A DNA stretch of 57,344 nt from a virus. Its lineage: Duplodnaviria; Caudoviricetes. A model generated the notes under the pieces. The model had not been told where the DNA came from and searched no databases. It saw only the letters and a program-made list of their open reading frames with translations. Below, in pieces: positions 46,301 to 55,138 of this stretch (its first letter is position 1; each line of letters starts with the position of its first letter). The translations under genes and the position numbers were made by a program. The DNA is taken from IMG/VR virus record IMGVR_UViG_3300018410_000010, positions 1-57,344 of that record. One strand, written 5' to 3'.

Positions 46301-49300
46301 AGAAGCATGGAAGTAAGCTTCAGCAGTTGGAACTACTTCGTTATCGTCTAAGACTGGAATTGCATTTTCAAAGTAAAGCTTTGAGTTTGTTGCAGTTGCA
46401 GCATTTGAACCGTGAGCAACATCCCATGCAGCCAAGTCTACAAAGATTCCCATATCTCTTTCACAAGCTGCTACATCATATGTAAAGCCCGGATGATTTG
46501 CAGAGATCCATGCAATTGTTTCTTTTTGGATAAACTCTTTGTTAGCTTGTAGTGCGCCACGAGCTTTACGATGCTCAGGTGATAGTGACATGTCGCCATA
46601 TATTGGATCAGCAGCAGAGCCAAAGCCGTTTGTCATAATATCGATAATGATATCGAAGCCAGCGTTAGAGCTTACAATCGCGGCTGAATCTGTAAGAACG
46701 TCAGTTGCGATTTTACCTTTAAGCCAAGTGATTGCTCCAACAGTTTGAGTAAGCTGCTGGTTAATGACTGCATTTGCGCCTACAGTACCGATACGATAAC
46801 CTCTACCAGTATAGTAAGCATTTAATGTTGAATCTGTTGCAATATCTCTGGCAATTGCATCAAGAATAATGCCTGTATCGCGCATACACTTTTCTCTGTC
46901 ATAAACAAAGTAGTTTTCTTTCATGTATGCTTCAACTTCAGCCATCAAATATTCTTTGTTAGCTTGCAAGATTTTTCTAGCACGTACACCTTGAGTTGTA
47001 GATCTTACTTTTACAACTGCACCTTCGTCAGCAGATACAAATGTATGAATATCTGTATTTGTTCCAGCCGCGCCAACATTTACTGTAACTGTATTTGCCG
47101 TTGTTGCAGTAATTTCAAGAGGCATTTGATAATTAGGTTCACCAATACGTGGGTGGAAGTCTGTTCCTCCGCCGTTATGTGCACAGCTAAATGCAAATGA
47201 TTGTGGCATTAATTCAATATGATCTGAAGTTGTTAGATCATGGCCAGGAATTGTGATTTCCATAACACCAGTATTTGCTGCATAAAGCGTATCAGTTGGT
47301 GTATAAGCTTTTAGATATTTAGCAGGATCTGAGAAATACAATCCATTTGCATCAATACAATCTGCTTCAGCACTTACGAATGTGTGGTTGTTTGCGTGAC
47401 CATTAGCGTTACCAACATTGACTGTAACTGTATCAGCAGTAACTGCTTTTACTCTCACAGGTTCTTGATAAGCTGGGTGATCGTATAAAGGAGCAGCATC
47501 GTTACCAACTACACCACCAACATCACAGCTAAATACGATTGATTCTGGCGCGATTTTAAGCCACTTACCAACCGGCAAGTCATGCTGACCGATTGTAAGA
47601 ACCATGTCACCAGAAATAGGATCGTATGTTGCAGTTTGTGGTGTAAATGTACCTGTCCACATATCCGCTTCACGAACAGCATTTGTAGTTGCTGATACGA
47701 ATGTATGAACTGAAGTATCGCTTGACTCACCAACGTTTACAGTAATTGTTGTTGCTGTTCTTGCAGAAATTGAGATAGGTTTTTTCCATGCTGGATGTCT
47801 CTTCTCAGCTTCAATAGCATTTGCTGTAGCGCTTACAAACGTATGAGCTCCGCCACCGTTCTCTACAGCACCAACATTCATATAGATTGTGTCGCCGATT
47901 ACAGCGTCAATTACAATCTGCTTTTTATAGAATGGATGATGTGATTCTGGAGCAGGGTGGTTAGTTGCATTGTTATCCATTGCACAAGTAAATACAATGC
48001 TTCCTGGTTTGAACTCTACGAGATCACCGGCTTTTAAAGCATTTGTACCAATTGTTGCACTAAACTCACCTGTTGCAGGATCGTAAGTTGCATTTGATGG
48101 AGTATACTTGATAAAGTCTCTTGTAGGATAAGAATGCTCAGTTGCGTTACTATCAAGAGCACAAGTAAATGTTAAGCTATTTGGCTCAAGATAAATTTGG
48201 TCGCCAACTGCGAAATCGTGAGATCCAATTGTGATCTCAACTGAACCTGTTGCTGGATCATAAGCCGCATTTGTTGGCGTATATTTCTTACCGTTGTTAT
48301 TTAATAGTCGAGTCATTTCATCAAAAGCAGCATTTGCTCTATCTTCAGCAATTGAATCTGTTAAGATGTCAGCAACTTTTGATTTCATGTAGTTAATTGA
48401 ACCAACGGTTTGTGTTAGCTGATCTGTAACACTTACTTCACCAGACTTAGTACGGTATGCAGCGCCAGTTTGAATTGCGTTGTAGTTCGTACCTAGCATC
48501 ATGTCTCGTTGGACAGCTGGTAAAATATATTCTTCAGTATCTCTCTTACACTTTTTAGAGTCGTAAACGTAATATTCGTCATCAACCCAGTCCATCATAT
48601 AATCTTGAATGAACTCTTTGTTAGTTTGTAGTTGCTTACGAGCATTTCTCTTATCAGCAGCGATTGATGTATTATCACTAAACGTAATTGCGTCACCAAT
48701 TACTGATATACAATCGTCAGCAGCTCTTACAAATCTATGCTCGTAATTTGCTGCAGTCATGCCTGGATTTACTGTAATCGTTTTTGCAGACACAGCAATA
48801 ATTGGCAGAGCAGCTAAATAAGCTTTTTCTTGAATTCTTGGATGAAGAATTTCAGTAGTGTAATTATCGCTTGAGCACTTAAATACAAAGCTTTCTTTTC
48901 CAAGATTTACATAACGACCAGGTGTTAGATCGTGAGTACCGATCGTAATCACCATATTACCAGTTACTGGATCATATGTAGCATTTGTTGGAGTATACTT
49001 GTCTCCAGTGTTTTGAAGTGCATTAATAATTGTATTGAATGATTTGTATGCATCTGCAGCCGCAGGAGCTGAGTTTGCTTGAATCAATTCATCTGTTGTT
49101 TTGCGTAATCTTTGGAATGAAGCAATTGTTTCATTTCTTTGATTTTCTAATACTGTTCTCGCAGTATTAACATAATACGCAAGACCTGTTGTGACAGAGT
49201 TGTAGTTTGTATCCAGCAACATGTCAAACTTCGTTGCAGGTAGAATGTACTCTTGAATGTCGCGCTCACACTTGGCGCTATCATATGCGTAGAATTCTTC

Positions 49301-52102
49301 GTTATTATCAATCCAATCAACGAATTCGCTAATAATCAAATCTCTGTTATCTTGAACAAGCTCACGAGCTGCAACAGCATGCTGATCGCCAGTTGTAGCA
49401 AATATAATTGGGTTTGCCGCGGCTTCGCCGTTATTTAAAATGTTAATTGTTTCGTCGAATGATCTATCCAAACGCGATTGAACTTGAGTATTTGCATTTT
49501 CAAAGATAAAGTCAACTGACTCTTTGATATGCTCAACAGATCCAACTGTCTCTGTAAGCTGTTCATTAACAACAACATATGAGATTGGTGATTGATAAGT
49601 AATACCGTTTAAACGACCCCAGTAGTTACCGTTTGTTGCGACGTCATATGAAGCACTATCGATAATTAGGCCCGTATCGCGGAAACACTTGTCTGCATTA
49701 TAACCTTGATAGCCAAGACCAGGCGCGCCATTAAATCCTGTTGTAGTATTTGCAGTAAGATAATATACCATATTATCGACGATATCTTGTGAATTCTCAT
49801 CAAGCTGATCAGCAAATGTGGTGTTTGCAATTAAGTTAAGACCTTGCTTATCAGAATCTCTAGGAGCTTCAGCTGGCTTAATAATTACTGTGCTACCACG
49901 TGCACGCATTGAGATGTCACCAAACTGAGAACCTGAGTTGTTCAACGTCATTTGACCGCCATCAAGAGCAAAGAACGCTTGGCGAGTAAAGATTGACAAT
50001 GAACCGATACCGTTGACACCAGCACCGTTCTTAGCAACGTAACCTGTACCGTTTTGAGTACGAGGTGTGAAACCAAAACAAAGTACGTATGTATAAAGTG
50101 AGTCAGTATCTAGAACAGCTCTGTCTGCAAGTAGACAACCACCACCTCGACCAACTAGTCTGTTCGGGAAGTCATCAATACCGATTGATTCGATAGTACC
50201 TGTACCGCCACGCTGAGCAAATAACTGATCACCGACTTCTACATTACCTTTTAGATTACGTACATAAATCTGACGGTTTGAATCGATATCGTCAATATAT
50301 GAAATATATCCTGAAGCACCGCTTGAAAATGTTACTTCGTCATCAATCTCAAAGTTTGATTGTGCACTATGTCCTACTTCTAAATAGAATTCTTGACCTA
50401 AGTCAAGGATTGTGCCTTTTGAGTTAAATGGGTTAAGTGGTGGCTCAACGTCTAAACGATTAAAGTTTGAAAGCTGCGTAGAGTCACGAAGATATGGTGA
50501 ACGACGTAGTAAAGCACCTGGACGATAAGCAATTGCAAATCCGCCTTCAGGCTGGTCGAAGTTATCAACCTCGAAGTTCATGTATGAGAAACCTTGAACA
50601 TAACAGCCAGATCCAACTAGAACACCGTTAGTGCGCTCCCAACCTTTTTTCTTTTGAATTACTGTTGCATACTGTCCAGCTGTTGATGTCATAGAACAAT
50701 CATCTGGTAGCATAATTGGCTCATCAACATAGTAAGTACCAGGACCTACCGAAATATGAACTGCATTATTAATGTCATTACGGTCGAACAATCCACCCGC
50801 TTTTTCCAAACAAAGTTCTTCAGCTCTTTTTAGAGTACGAACTGGCTGAAGAATAGTACCAGGATTTGCGTCGTCACCATCTGAAGCAACATGCACTTTA
50901 AGAGCTTTATTTGTTTTTCTAGAAAACTCGTCATAAAGCTGACGATATGTCATTTGCTCAGTTTCGCCAGTTTTGACGTTCTTTAGAGCAAAGTAAGAAT
51001 CTTCATCGATTGGAGCTTCGAATGTTTTTGTAAGCTCCATATTGAAGTCAGCAAGCTGTGACTCATCAATAGTTGAGTTAGCAATACGTACTTCGTTTAG
51101 ATCTGAGTTTTCAATTTTAGATCTGTTTTGTTCTAATCCATCAGAAGTCGAAGATGAAATTGTAATGTTTGTTGCAACAACTTGATCCATGCTACCAGTA
51201 AGTGTAGCGTCTTGCAATGTCGGATTAGTAAATGTGTTATTGTTACCAGTACCATCTGAGAAATCAGAATTAGTAATTTGAACATTGTTTGCTGTACTAT
51301 CATTGAGTTCAGAATTTGTAATTACAATATTGTTTGCGGTTGTATCAACAATTTCTGAGTTAGCAATACGAGTATCCCAAATATCGCCATTTGCAAATCT
51401 GGAATTTGTAATTGTAACATTATCTAAATCTGTATCACGGATATCAGCATTAGCGATATCAACGTCAAAGATTTGAGTGTTACCAGAAATTGTTGAGTTC
51501 TCAACAGTGCTGTTTGAGATCGCTGTATCAAACATCTCTGAGTTAGAAATAACAGCATCTTCAAGAATAAGCTCATCAATTTGAATGTTTGTAAGGATAA
51601 GGTTATTTGCAGTACCGCCTTCAATTGTAACGTTATTGAAGAATGAGTCATCAATTGTAGAATTTGTGAATGTATCGTTATTACCAGTCGAATTATTTAA
51701 CTGGCCTTGATCTACAATAGTATTTGTAAAGACGTTATTGTTACCAGTACCATCTGAGAAATCAGAGCCTTCAATTGTAGAGTTTGCAATAGCAACATTA
51801 CGAATATCTGTGCCATCCATAGTACCACGAGCAATATCAGTATCTTCGATATCACCGTTGGTAAAGGTGTTTTGATTCATTGTGTTGTTGTCGATCTGAG
51901 AATTTCTGATCGTAACGTTGCTGATTGATCCACCAGTAATGGTAATTCTATCAAAAATCTCATATTGAATGGCTTGAACTAACTCTTTTCGAGTTATGTT
52001 TTTTGTACCGTCGTCACCCTGAATCAAGTTAACAATGACAAAGAGGTCCTCGGATCTGGTATTGGCGCCTTTTATCGGACCTAATTCTGAAATCTTTGAC
52101 AT
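40391..52102 (-). CDS. Giant repeat-rich virion structural protein (3903 aa)
   Basis: N-terminal Asn/Thr/Ile beta-solenoid; HVASDGDDANPG...PVRT beta-helix start; ~11 KCxRD helical repeats; ~11 YTPTxATYDPxTG...HTFVSA domains; late promoter upstream. Confidence 0.8.
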   Translation of the reverse strand: MSKISELGPIKGANTRSEDLFVIVNLIQGDDGTKNITRKELVQAIQYEIFDRITITGGSISNVTIRNSQIDNNTMNQNTFTNGDIEDTDIARGTMDGTDIRNVAIANSTIEGSDFSDGTGNNNVFTNTIVDQGQLNNSTGNNDTFTNSTIDDSFFNNVTIEGGTANNLILTNIQIDELILEDAVISNSEMFDTAISNSTVENSTISGNTQIFDVDIANADIRDTDLDNVTITNSRFANGDIWDTRIANSEIVDTTANNIVITNSELNDSTANNVQITNSDFSDGTGNNNTFTNPTLQDATLTGSMDQVVATNITISSSTSDGLEQNRSKIENSDLNEVRIANSTIDESQLADFNMELTKTFEAPIDEDSYFALKNVKTGETEQMTYRQLYDEFSRKTNKALKVHVASDGDDANPGTILQPVRTLKRAEELCLEKAGGLFDRNDINNAVHISVGPGTYYVDEPIMLPDDCSMTSTAGQYATVIQKKKGWERTNGVLVGSGCYVQGFSYMNFEVDNFDQPEGGFAIAYRPGALLRRSPYLRDSTQLSNFNRLDVEPPLNPFNSKGTILDLGQEFYLEVGHSAQSNFEIDDEVTFSSGASGYISYIDDIDSNRQIYVRNLKGNVEVGDQLFAQRGGTGTIESIGIDDFPNRLVGRGGGCLLADRAVLDTDSLYTYVLCFGFTPRTQNGTGYVAKNGAGVNGIGSLSIFTRQAFFALDGGQMTLNNSGSQFGDISMRARGSTVIIKPAEAPRDSDKQGLNLIANTTFADQLDENSQDIVDNMVYYLTANTTTGFNGAPGLGYQGYNADKCFRDTGLIIDSASYDVATNGNYWGRLNGITYQSPISYVVVNEQLTETVGSVEHIKESVDFIFENANTQVQSRLDRSFDETINILNNGEAAANPIIFATTGDQHAVAARELVQDNRDLIISEFVDWIDNNEEFYAYDSAKCERDIQEYILPATKFDMLLDTNYNSVTTGLAYYVNTARTVLENQRNETIASFQRLRKTTDELIQANSAPAAADAYKSFNTIINALQNTGDKYTPTNATYDPVTGNMVITIGTHDLTPGRYVNLGKESFVFKCSSDNYTTEILHPRIQEKAYLAALPIIAVSAKTITVNPGMTAANYEHRFVRAADDCISVIGDAITFSDNTSIAADKRNARKQLQTNKEFIQDYMMDWVDDEYYVYDSKKCKRDTEEYILPAVQRDMMLGTNYNAIQTGAAYRTKSGEVSVTDQLTQTVGSINYMKSKVADILTDSIAEDRANAAFDEMTRLLNNNGKKYTPTNAAYDPATGSVEITIGSHDFAVGDQIYLEPNSLTFTCALDSNATEHSYPTRDFIKYTPSNATYDPATGEFSATIGTNALKAGDLVEFKPGSIVFTCAMDNNATNHPAPESHHPFYKKQIVIDAVIGDTIYMNVGAVENGGGAHTFVSATANAIEAEKRHPAWKKPISISARTATTITVNVGESSDTSVHTFVSATTNAVREADMWTGTFTPQTATYDPISGDMVLTIGQHDLPVGKWLKIAPESIVFSCDVGGVVGNDAAPLYDHPAYQEPVRVKAVTADTVTVNVGNANGHANNHTFVSAEADCIDANGLYFSDPAKYLKAYTPTDTLYAANTGVMEITIPGHDLTTSDHIELMPQSFAFSCAHNGGGTDFHPRIGEPNYQMPLEITATTANTVTVNVGAAGTNTDIHTFVSADEGAVVKVRSTTQGVRARKILQANKEYLMAEVEAYMKENYFVYDREKCMRDTGIILDAIARDIATDSTLNAYYTGRGYRIGTVGANAVINQQLTQTVGAITWLKGKIATDVLTDSAAIVSSNAGFDIIIDIMTNGFGSAADPIYGDMSLSPEHRKARGALQANKEFIQKETIAWISANHPGFTYDVAACERDMGIFVDLAAWDVAHGSNAATATNSKLYFENAIPVLDDNEVVPTAEAYFHASKMIGQILRNEVVDNLQNTVTQTIVDSTTTYTPTNATYDPANGNFVMTIAGHDFKYGDRLTLEPNSFSFTCTMDGDQAAKTYPRAGLDPYALKPYVVTAVTTNTVTVDAGASGPNKYFTPTAATYDAVNGDMVVTVGQHGLRVGNGVVLVDNSFTFTCDQDGHATQHTYPRPGSDPYAGDSIAITNVGQTEHTPTYASYDAASGDTVITISNHGFSNGDYIMIADYGLSYTCDLDNHYVAKGYPRTTDYATNRWLEISDVTTNTFKVNVGPSAYTGEHRFVSATANCIKRQDGTFTINVGNAGSASGSTHIFVSATTNAIKHEPQTAHTFVSASANSVKRANMAEAYTPTDVNYDHITGVMTMTLGTHSLTEGDYVIFEEDAITLSCPSNGGGNLAHPRPTDPIYNKPVRIDSATSTTVTLDVGPAKVDAVHTFVSATTNGVRRSLKPSVSHAAEKLFKDIGEVILENDGTIPEIVEPKLTAVTAGYPAGLVSSFNSIKGQKPKYQTEIIDHIAETYNGLGYNEAKCPRDVGYIVDAISEDLEYGGEDATIYNARYYFEGAINVLPFYQREPTRLAFNHIADVIKKVVENTIHEPIFGPGFQPTGATYDPVTGIMEATIGTHSLTTDDYVWFKEDAITFSCDTGSGPTNHASPEAHHRFYARACPIIGVTATTITMWVGDAGAYTGAHTFVSALPDAIRQVNGNIKYQNRSLTAANTATGDEAKRLANIIADITDDRLVIPDYRGSLDITQKPETRLAGLPTANTALSPAMEPSRTYARKALQWNRHFIQEEIVRFVRKDNYTYDEDKCARDVGFIIDAVSRDVQTGSDYPSKYYGKAYRVGTVGADKVIEEQLAETIEGIEYVKDDILPRLTGTALTRATAAFNNIISIMTDGDAGVTYNFGSANVGNSDNNATDGLQLNRAFLAAEGKAHFEQTYPTLWASLTTVQRDKCERDIGVMVDAVSFDIRHGSNAAMRDVAKLYFENGTSVLPADQRSETAGIFAHVGGIAERVVLKQTVTPTAGNAESQVTSGFGNVVAGTGADVENLFLIVRDIILDDSLINMPQLKEADTSDGAATGYDYEVSTAIIRDRKEGLGDTVVQYLKDKFGYLEYSEERCRRDTGYIVDAISHDIQYGGNSAMHGTAELYFKNAVNILPIDQRDSTRRAFEYLGKVVRWVTRNEHVPRELGRKWQPTGATYDPVTGVFTATLGANHNLEVGDYVLIAPESIVFTCALDGNQQEHAAPESHHPYYNTPMKITAADATTITMNVGKTAYGEGGAHTFVSAKLNAIAHVTGNPVRQEMPSLAVRRETAQEAMELATMLAKVADDNDPSGIPARVDPHINWIDASILSAKNAVENDAARIAETLQTYIYETYKGLSYSREKCRRDVGVMIDALSHDVNYTTNYATVRTAELYFENAISVLPKDQREQTANFYVEMADLVGDVVRATAVNTDHMSHTSAEQDITTHPAATATEKEEVMDLVRIVEDSIRRDSMDIIPEILDPNTSWVDAGKVWAAKQIDDNLDELADDITQFLQDEFTIIDYNKTKCKRDAGYILDAMSWDFNYGGNKATRWNADFYYWNNELRVPEDTRVATAQAYRQLGYIVSDIVAGKYPGQRLRTELGGAHQVQQAIDLGMILYNALYYNSPEALGPEIEPNFAWENDKQFSFAKDILQNNRNDLQREVQRFITSEYKFIDLPKTYRDGGNLVKILANDFRFIDPALNIDGSDKATRAFVGALFNIDAQHVFPVFNPPSTFADWRKLRFKGTRPTNTDLPDGSSDDPRKRWDAFIVPTNNSGNRYVGRIWYYNGTTWIDSNADNNTDLLDSFTGAWTQMKTYINNNIAVNQDQRDMVTELIDNVLIDSVIRPNFLTFGSLVESIAHQFNGASAGVNRNALPLNFRNVGAAIGANASVLSENGGRIRWSGSDELNNQYFARGLRINGRTGRIEGRPFTSSVRKLARRASNSRAQL

Positions 52103-52132
52103 GCGTCTATTACCCTTGTATGTTTTTCTTAT

Positions 52133-52140
52133 TATTTATA
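52133..52140 (-). promoter_or_regulatory. T4-type late promoter TATAAATA
   Basis: Exact motif 30 nt upstream of the 52102 start. Confidence 0.78.
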
Positions 52141-52144
52141 ATAA

Positions 52145-52780
52145 TTAGCCGTAGCGTTGCCCAGGAAGTGCTACAACAAAATAGCCTTGATCTTTTTTTG
52201 TTTTATGTCCAAATGAGTATCCCAAACCGCTTTTCACAACATCATTATATAAGTTTTCAGGACCTCCCCAAATTTTCCAATCATCAGTAATATTTTCTTG
52301 ATCTGTTCCAGAAGCTTCTAAATTATCTTCTGAGTCAAAATAATCTACTTTCATGGTTCTTAGTTTTAAATTAATATGATAATGTTTTTTACCTAACACA
52401 TTACCTTGCTTATTTAAATAATAACCATTTCCCCAATGCCATTCTGTACCCAAGTCGGCAGGTTTATTATGAGTTGTGGTAACATAAATTCTAAGACTTT
52501 CAGTACTCAGCGTGCCTAAATCAATGGCAATTAAACCGGTTCTTGTTCCTTCAGGGCCAGGCTCATATAATCTTCTTGGTATTGAAAATCCATATTTGCC
52601 TACAAAGTTATCTATATCTTTTCTGATTTCTTCTGAGTTATTGCGGATGTAAATTACAACTGAATGTGTATCTTGGCGTCTAACGAATTCTAATGTAGTT
52701 TGGATACTGATTGGAAATATATCTAATGCTTCGTCTAGAATATCATAATAGCCTCGAAAAATATTTGAATCTACCATCAT
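52145..52780 (-). CDS. Hypothetical protein
   Basis: 211 aa, ATGA-coupled to the upstream Gly-rich gene; more AT-rich than its neighbours by eye. Confidence 0.7.
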   Translation of the reverse strand: MMVDSNIFRGYYDILDEALDIFPISIQTTLEFVRRQDTHSVVIYIRNNSEEIRKDIDNFVGKYGFSIPRRLYEPGPEGTRTGLIAIDLGTLSTESLRIYVTTTHNKPADLGTEWHWGNGYYLNKQGNVLGKKHYHINLKLRTMKVDYFDSEDNLEASGTDQENITDDWKIWGGPENLYNDVVKSGLGYSFGHKTKKDQGYFVVALPGQRYG

Positions 52781-53757
52781 ACTACTCCACTAGTAGGTAC
52801 AGGAAATCTTGTTACTGTGCCATTTCTATTTACACGAAAACCAAAATAATACGATTTATTTCTATCATCGTTAGATCCACCGCCACTGGGTGCAAATTGG
52901 AATAATTGATTAGCAGCACTATCCACAGTAAATTCCATATAGCCTGGATTTCCGTAACCGCCGTCGTGGTTACCTACATCAAATGCTGGAGTTCCACCTT
53001 TACCAACTTGTACGACATAGTCTACTTCTACATCTATATCAAGTTTGCCTTCCCATCTTCCGTCATGCTGTCCACCTGCGCCGGCTTTACCCCATTCGTC
53101 AGCGCCACCTCTGTTAATCAAACCAAAGAATTCATAGCTATCTCCATTACCTTGGTCGCCGCCACCGCCACCGCCAGCTGCACCCCAGTGCCCCCAAGGT
53201 GCCGAGCCACCAGCACTATTTCGAGCGGCTGCTGCGCCACCTACACCAAAATCAGAACCTTCTCCAGCAGTCGCATTAGCATCGCTGAACGCGTTATTGA
53301 GTCCGCCTAGTCCACCAAACGTGCCCGCTGCAGACGGGCTAAATATTTGTCCGTCCCGTGTTAAGTCGAATGCACCTTGTATAAAATAATTTCTTGCAAT
53401 TACATCAGGTACCACGCCGCCGTTTACATCTACACGTTCATCAAAAGTTGACATAAGCATAATACCTGTAGCTCCGCCCGAACCCGCATTACTTACAATA
53501 TCAGAATTGTTTTCAAAACCAGAACCACCAGCTCCACCGCCACCATACGCTTTAAATTCTAAAGTAATAATTTTAGTAGCACCGTAAAATTGACCCAAAG
53601 AAATAGGAAGACCAGATCCTGCTACGGGAATAGCAGAGTTTGCATTTTTATTGGGCACATAATTACCACCACGATAATAATCACTCAGTGATCCAGTACC
53701 GCCAAACTCATCAATAATGTCTTGGATGTTAATGGGACCCGATGTCTTAATAGGCAT
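52777..53757 (-). CDS. Glycine-rich putative fibre-tip adhesin (gp38-like arrangement)
   Basis: N-terminal SGPI...I..EFGG..SLSDYYRGG..VP.....IP.....ISL..FYG module, then poly-Gly motifs (GGGGAGGSG, GGGGGGD); directly follows an S74 fibre gene. Confidence 0.6.
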   Translation of the reverse strand: MPIKTSGPINIQDIIDEFGGTGSLSDYYRGGNYVPNKNANSAIPVAGSGLPISLGQFYGATKIITLEFKAYGGGGAGGSGFENNSDIVSNAGSGGATGIMLMSTFDERVDVNGGVVPDVIARNYFIQGAFDLTRDGQIFSPSAAGTFGGLGGLNNAFSDANATAGEGSDFGVGGAAAARNSAGGSAPWGHWGAAGGGGGGDQGNGDSYEFFGLINRGGADEWGKAGAGGQHDGRWEGKLDIDVEVDYVVQVGKGGTPAFDVGNHDGGYGNPGYMEFTVDSAANQLFQFAPSGGGSNDDRNKSYYFGFRVNRNGTVTRFPVPTSGVV

Positions 53758-54945
53758 TTACTTCCCCACTTTTGCCGATAGTTCCTTAATGGCCTCTATA
53801 AGTAATCCTACTAGATTTCCATGTCGAACTGCGTATGTCGATGCGCCTGTTTCCGGGTCTGTTGTTTCATATACAATTCCTGGCAATACTTGCTCAATTT
53901 CCTGAGCCATAACACCAGTCATTTCTTCGCCGGGTCTGTTTTTGTAGTTAAATGTATATCCACCGAGCTGCATTACTTTATCTAAAGCATTTTCAATTGG
54001 ATTAATATTTTCTTTCATTGCAATATCAGAAACAGAAGCAAACGCAGTAATATCTCCTGTCGCACTTACTGTATTAAATAAAACATCCGCGGCTTCACCG
54101 ACCGATTGTCCTATAGAAATAATACCGTTCGCTGAATCGTAAGTTACGCCCGTTCCTCCTTGCAAGGAGGCTCTTGCTCTTGCAGTCGTGAAATAAAAGT
54201 TATTAGCACCTTCTGTAAGGGCATTTGTATTATGGTTAGTAAGTGAGCTTACTGTACCTAAAACGTTACCTGTAAATGTCGCTGGAAGACCACTGCCTGG
54301 TCCGTTTTCAAAAACTTTTACTCCGTCTGGCGTAAAAATGTCTCCGTAAAGATTTCCTCTAATATCATCACAATTGATTAGAGTTGCATTAATTGTATTT
54401 GCAGTTAACGTATCAGAAATTGTAGCGTTAGCAACTTCGATTGTACCAGTAGCAACACCATTCGCAGTTGGGAAAGTAATTTCAGAAGTTACGATAATGC
54501 TTGGAACTGTAAGAACACCGTTAGGTGTTAAAGTAAGCTGTGTACCTGCTTGAGAATTCATGATGAAATTAGTTGTAGTACTATTTTCCATACCAATATC
54601 CCATGCATATGCACCGTTGGTATATCGTGTTCTACCACCTGACGCGGTATATTGGAAAGTAGCTACAACTGACTGAGTAGCACCTGTAATTGTAACTGGA
54701 GAAGCATAAGCAATAGTTCCACCAGCAGTTCTGGCAGCTACCGCATCTGTTTGAAGTTCATCAAATACAACAACACTGTTTGCCGTAAAGTCGCCAATAA
54801 GAGTAGCATCACCAGTTGTGCTATCGCCGGTACCCGAAGCAGTCATAGTATTATTTTTAAAGAGCAAAACCATTTCATTGGTTTTATCTAACCAATTCTG
54901 AAATGTTTGGGTTGTTGCTATTTCTGTAATATTAGGCTTGGACAT
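53758..54945 (-). CDS. Tail fibre protein with C-terminal peptidase S74 chaperone
   Basis: N-terminal TFQNWLDKTN; LTEGANNFYFT.AR motif; C-terminal SDIAMKENINPIENALDKV...GVMAQEIEQVLP...GLLIEAIKEL. Confidence 0.85.
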   Translation of the reverse strand: MSKPNITEIATTQTFQNWLDKTNEMVLLFKNNTMTASGTGDSTTGDATLIGDFTANSVVVFDELQTDAVAARTAGGTIAYASPVTITGATQSVVATFQYTASGGRTRYTNGAYAWDIGMENSTTTNFIMNSQAGTQLTLTPNGVLTVPSIIVTSEITFPTANGVATGTIEVANATISDTLTANTINATLINCDDIRGNLYGDIFTPDGVKVFENGPGSGLPATFTGNVLGTVSSLTNHNTNALTEGANNFYFTTARARASLQGGTGVTYDSANGIISIGQSVGEAADVLFNTVSATGDITAFASVSDIAMKENINPIENALDKVMQLGGYTFNYKNRPGEEMTGVMAQEIEQVLPGIVYETTDPETGASTYAVRHGNLVGLLIEAIKELSAKVGK

Positions 54946-55138
54946 TGATTTGTTTCTCTATTTTTTCTAATCGCTCATTAACGTTTTTTAAGCATTGCTT
55001 TACTTCATCACAATCACGAATAAGCTGGTCAACCTTACGGCGTAATGCTCTTTCTTGTTTATATTTATTTAAAGCTGTGACGTCGGTATTAAGTACAGCT
55101 CCGCTATTTTCATCTCTGCGCAATGCTGGATTTATCAT
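54932..55138 (-). CDS. Small coiled-coil protein typical of T4-like structural regions
   Basis: RDENSGAVLNTD....Y...R followed by a heptad pattern; overlaps both neighbours. Confidence 0.7.
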   Translation of the reverse strand: MINPALRRDENSGAVLNTDVTALNKYKQERALRRKVDQLIRDCDEVKQCLKNVNERLEKIEKQINVQA

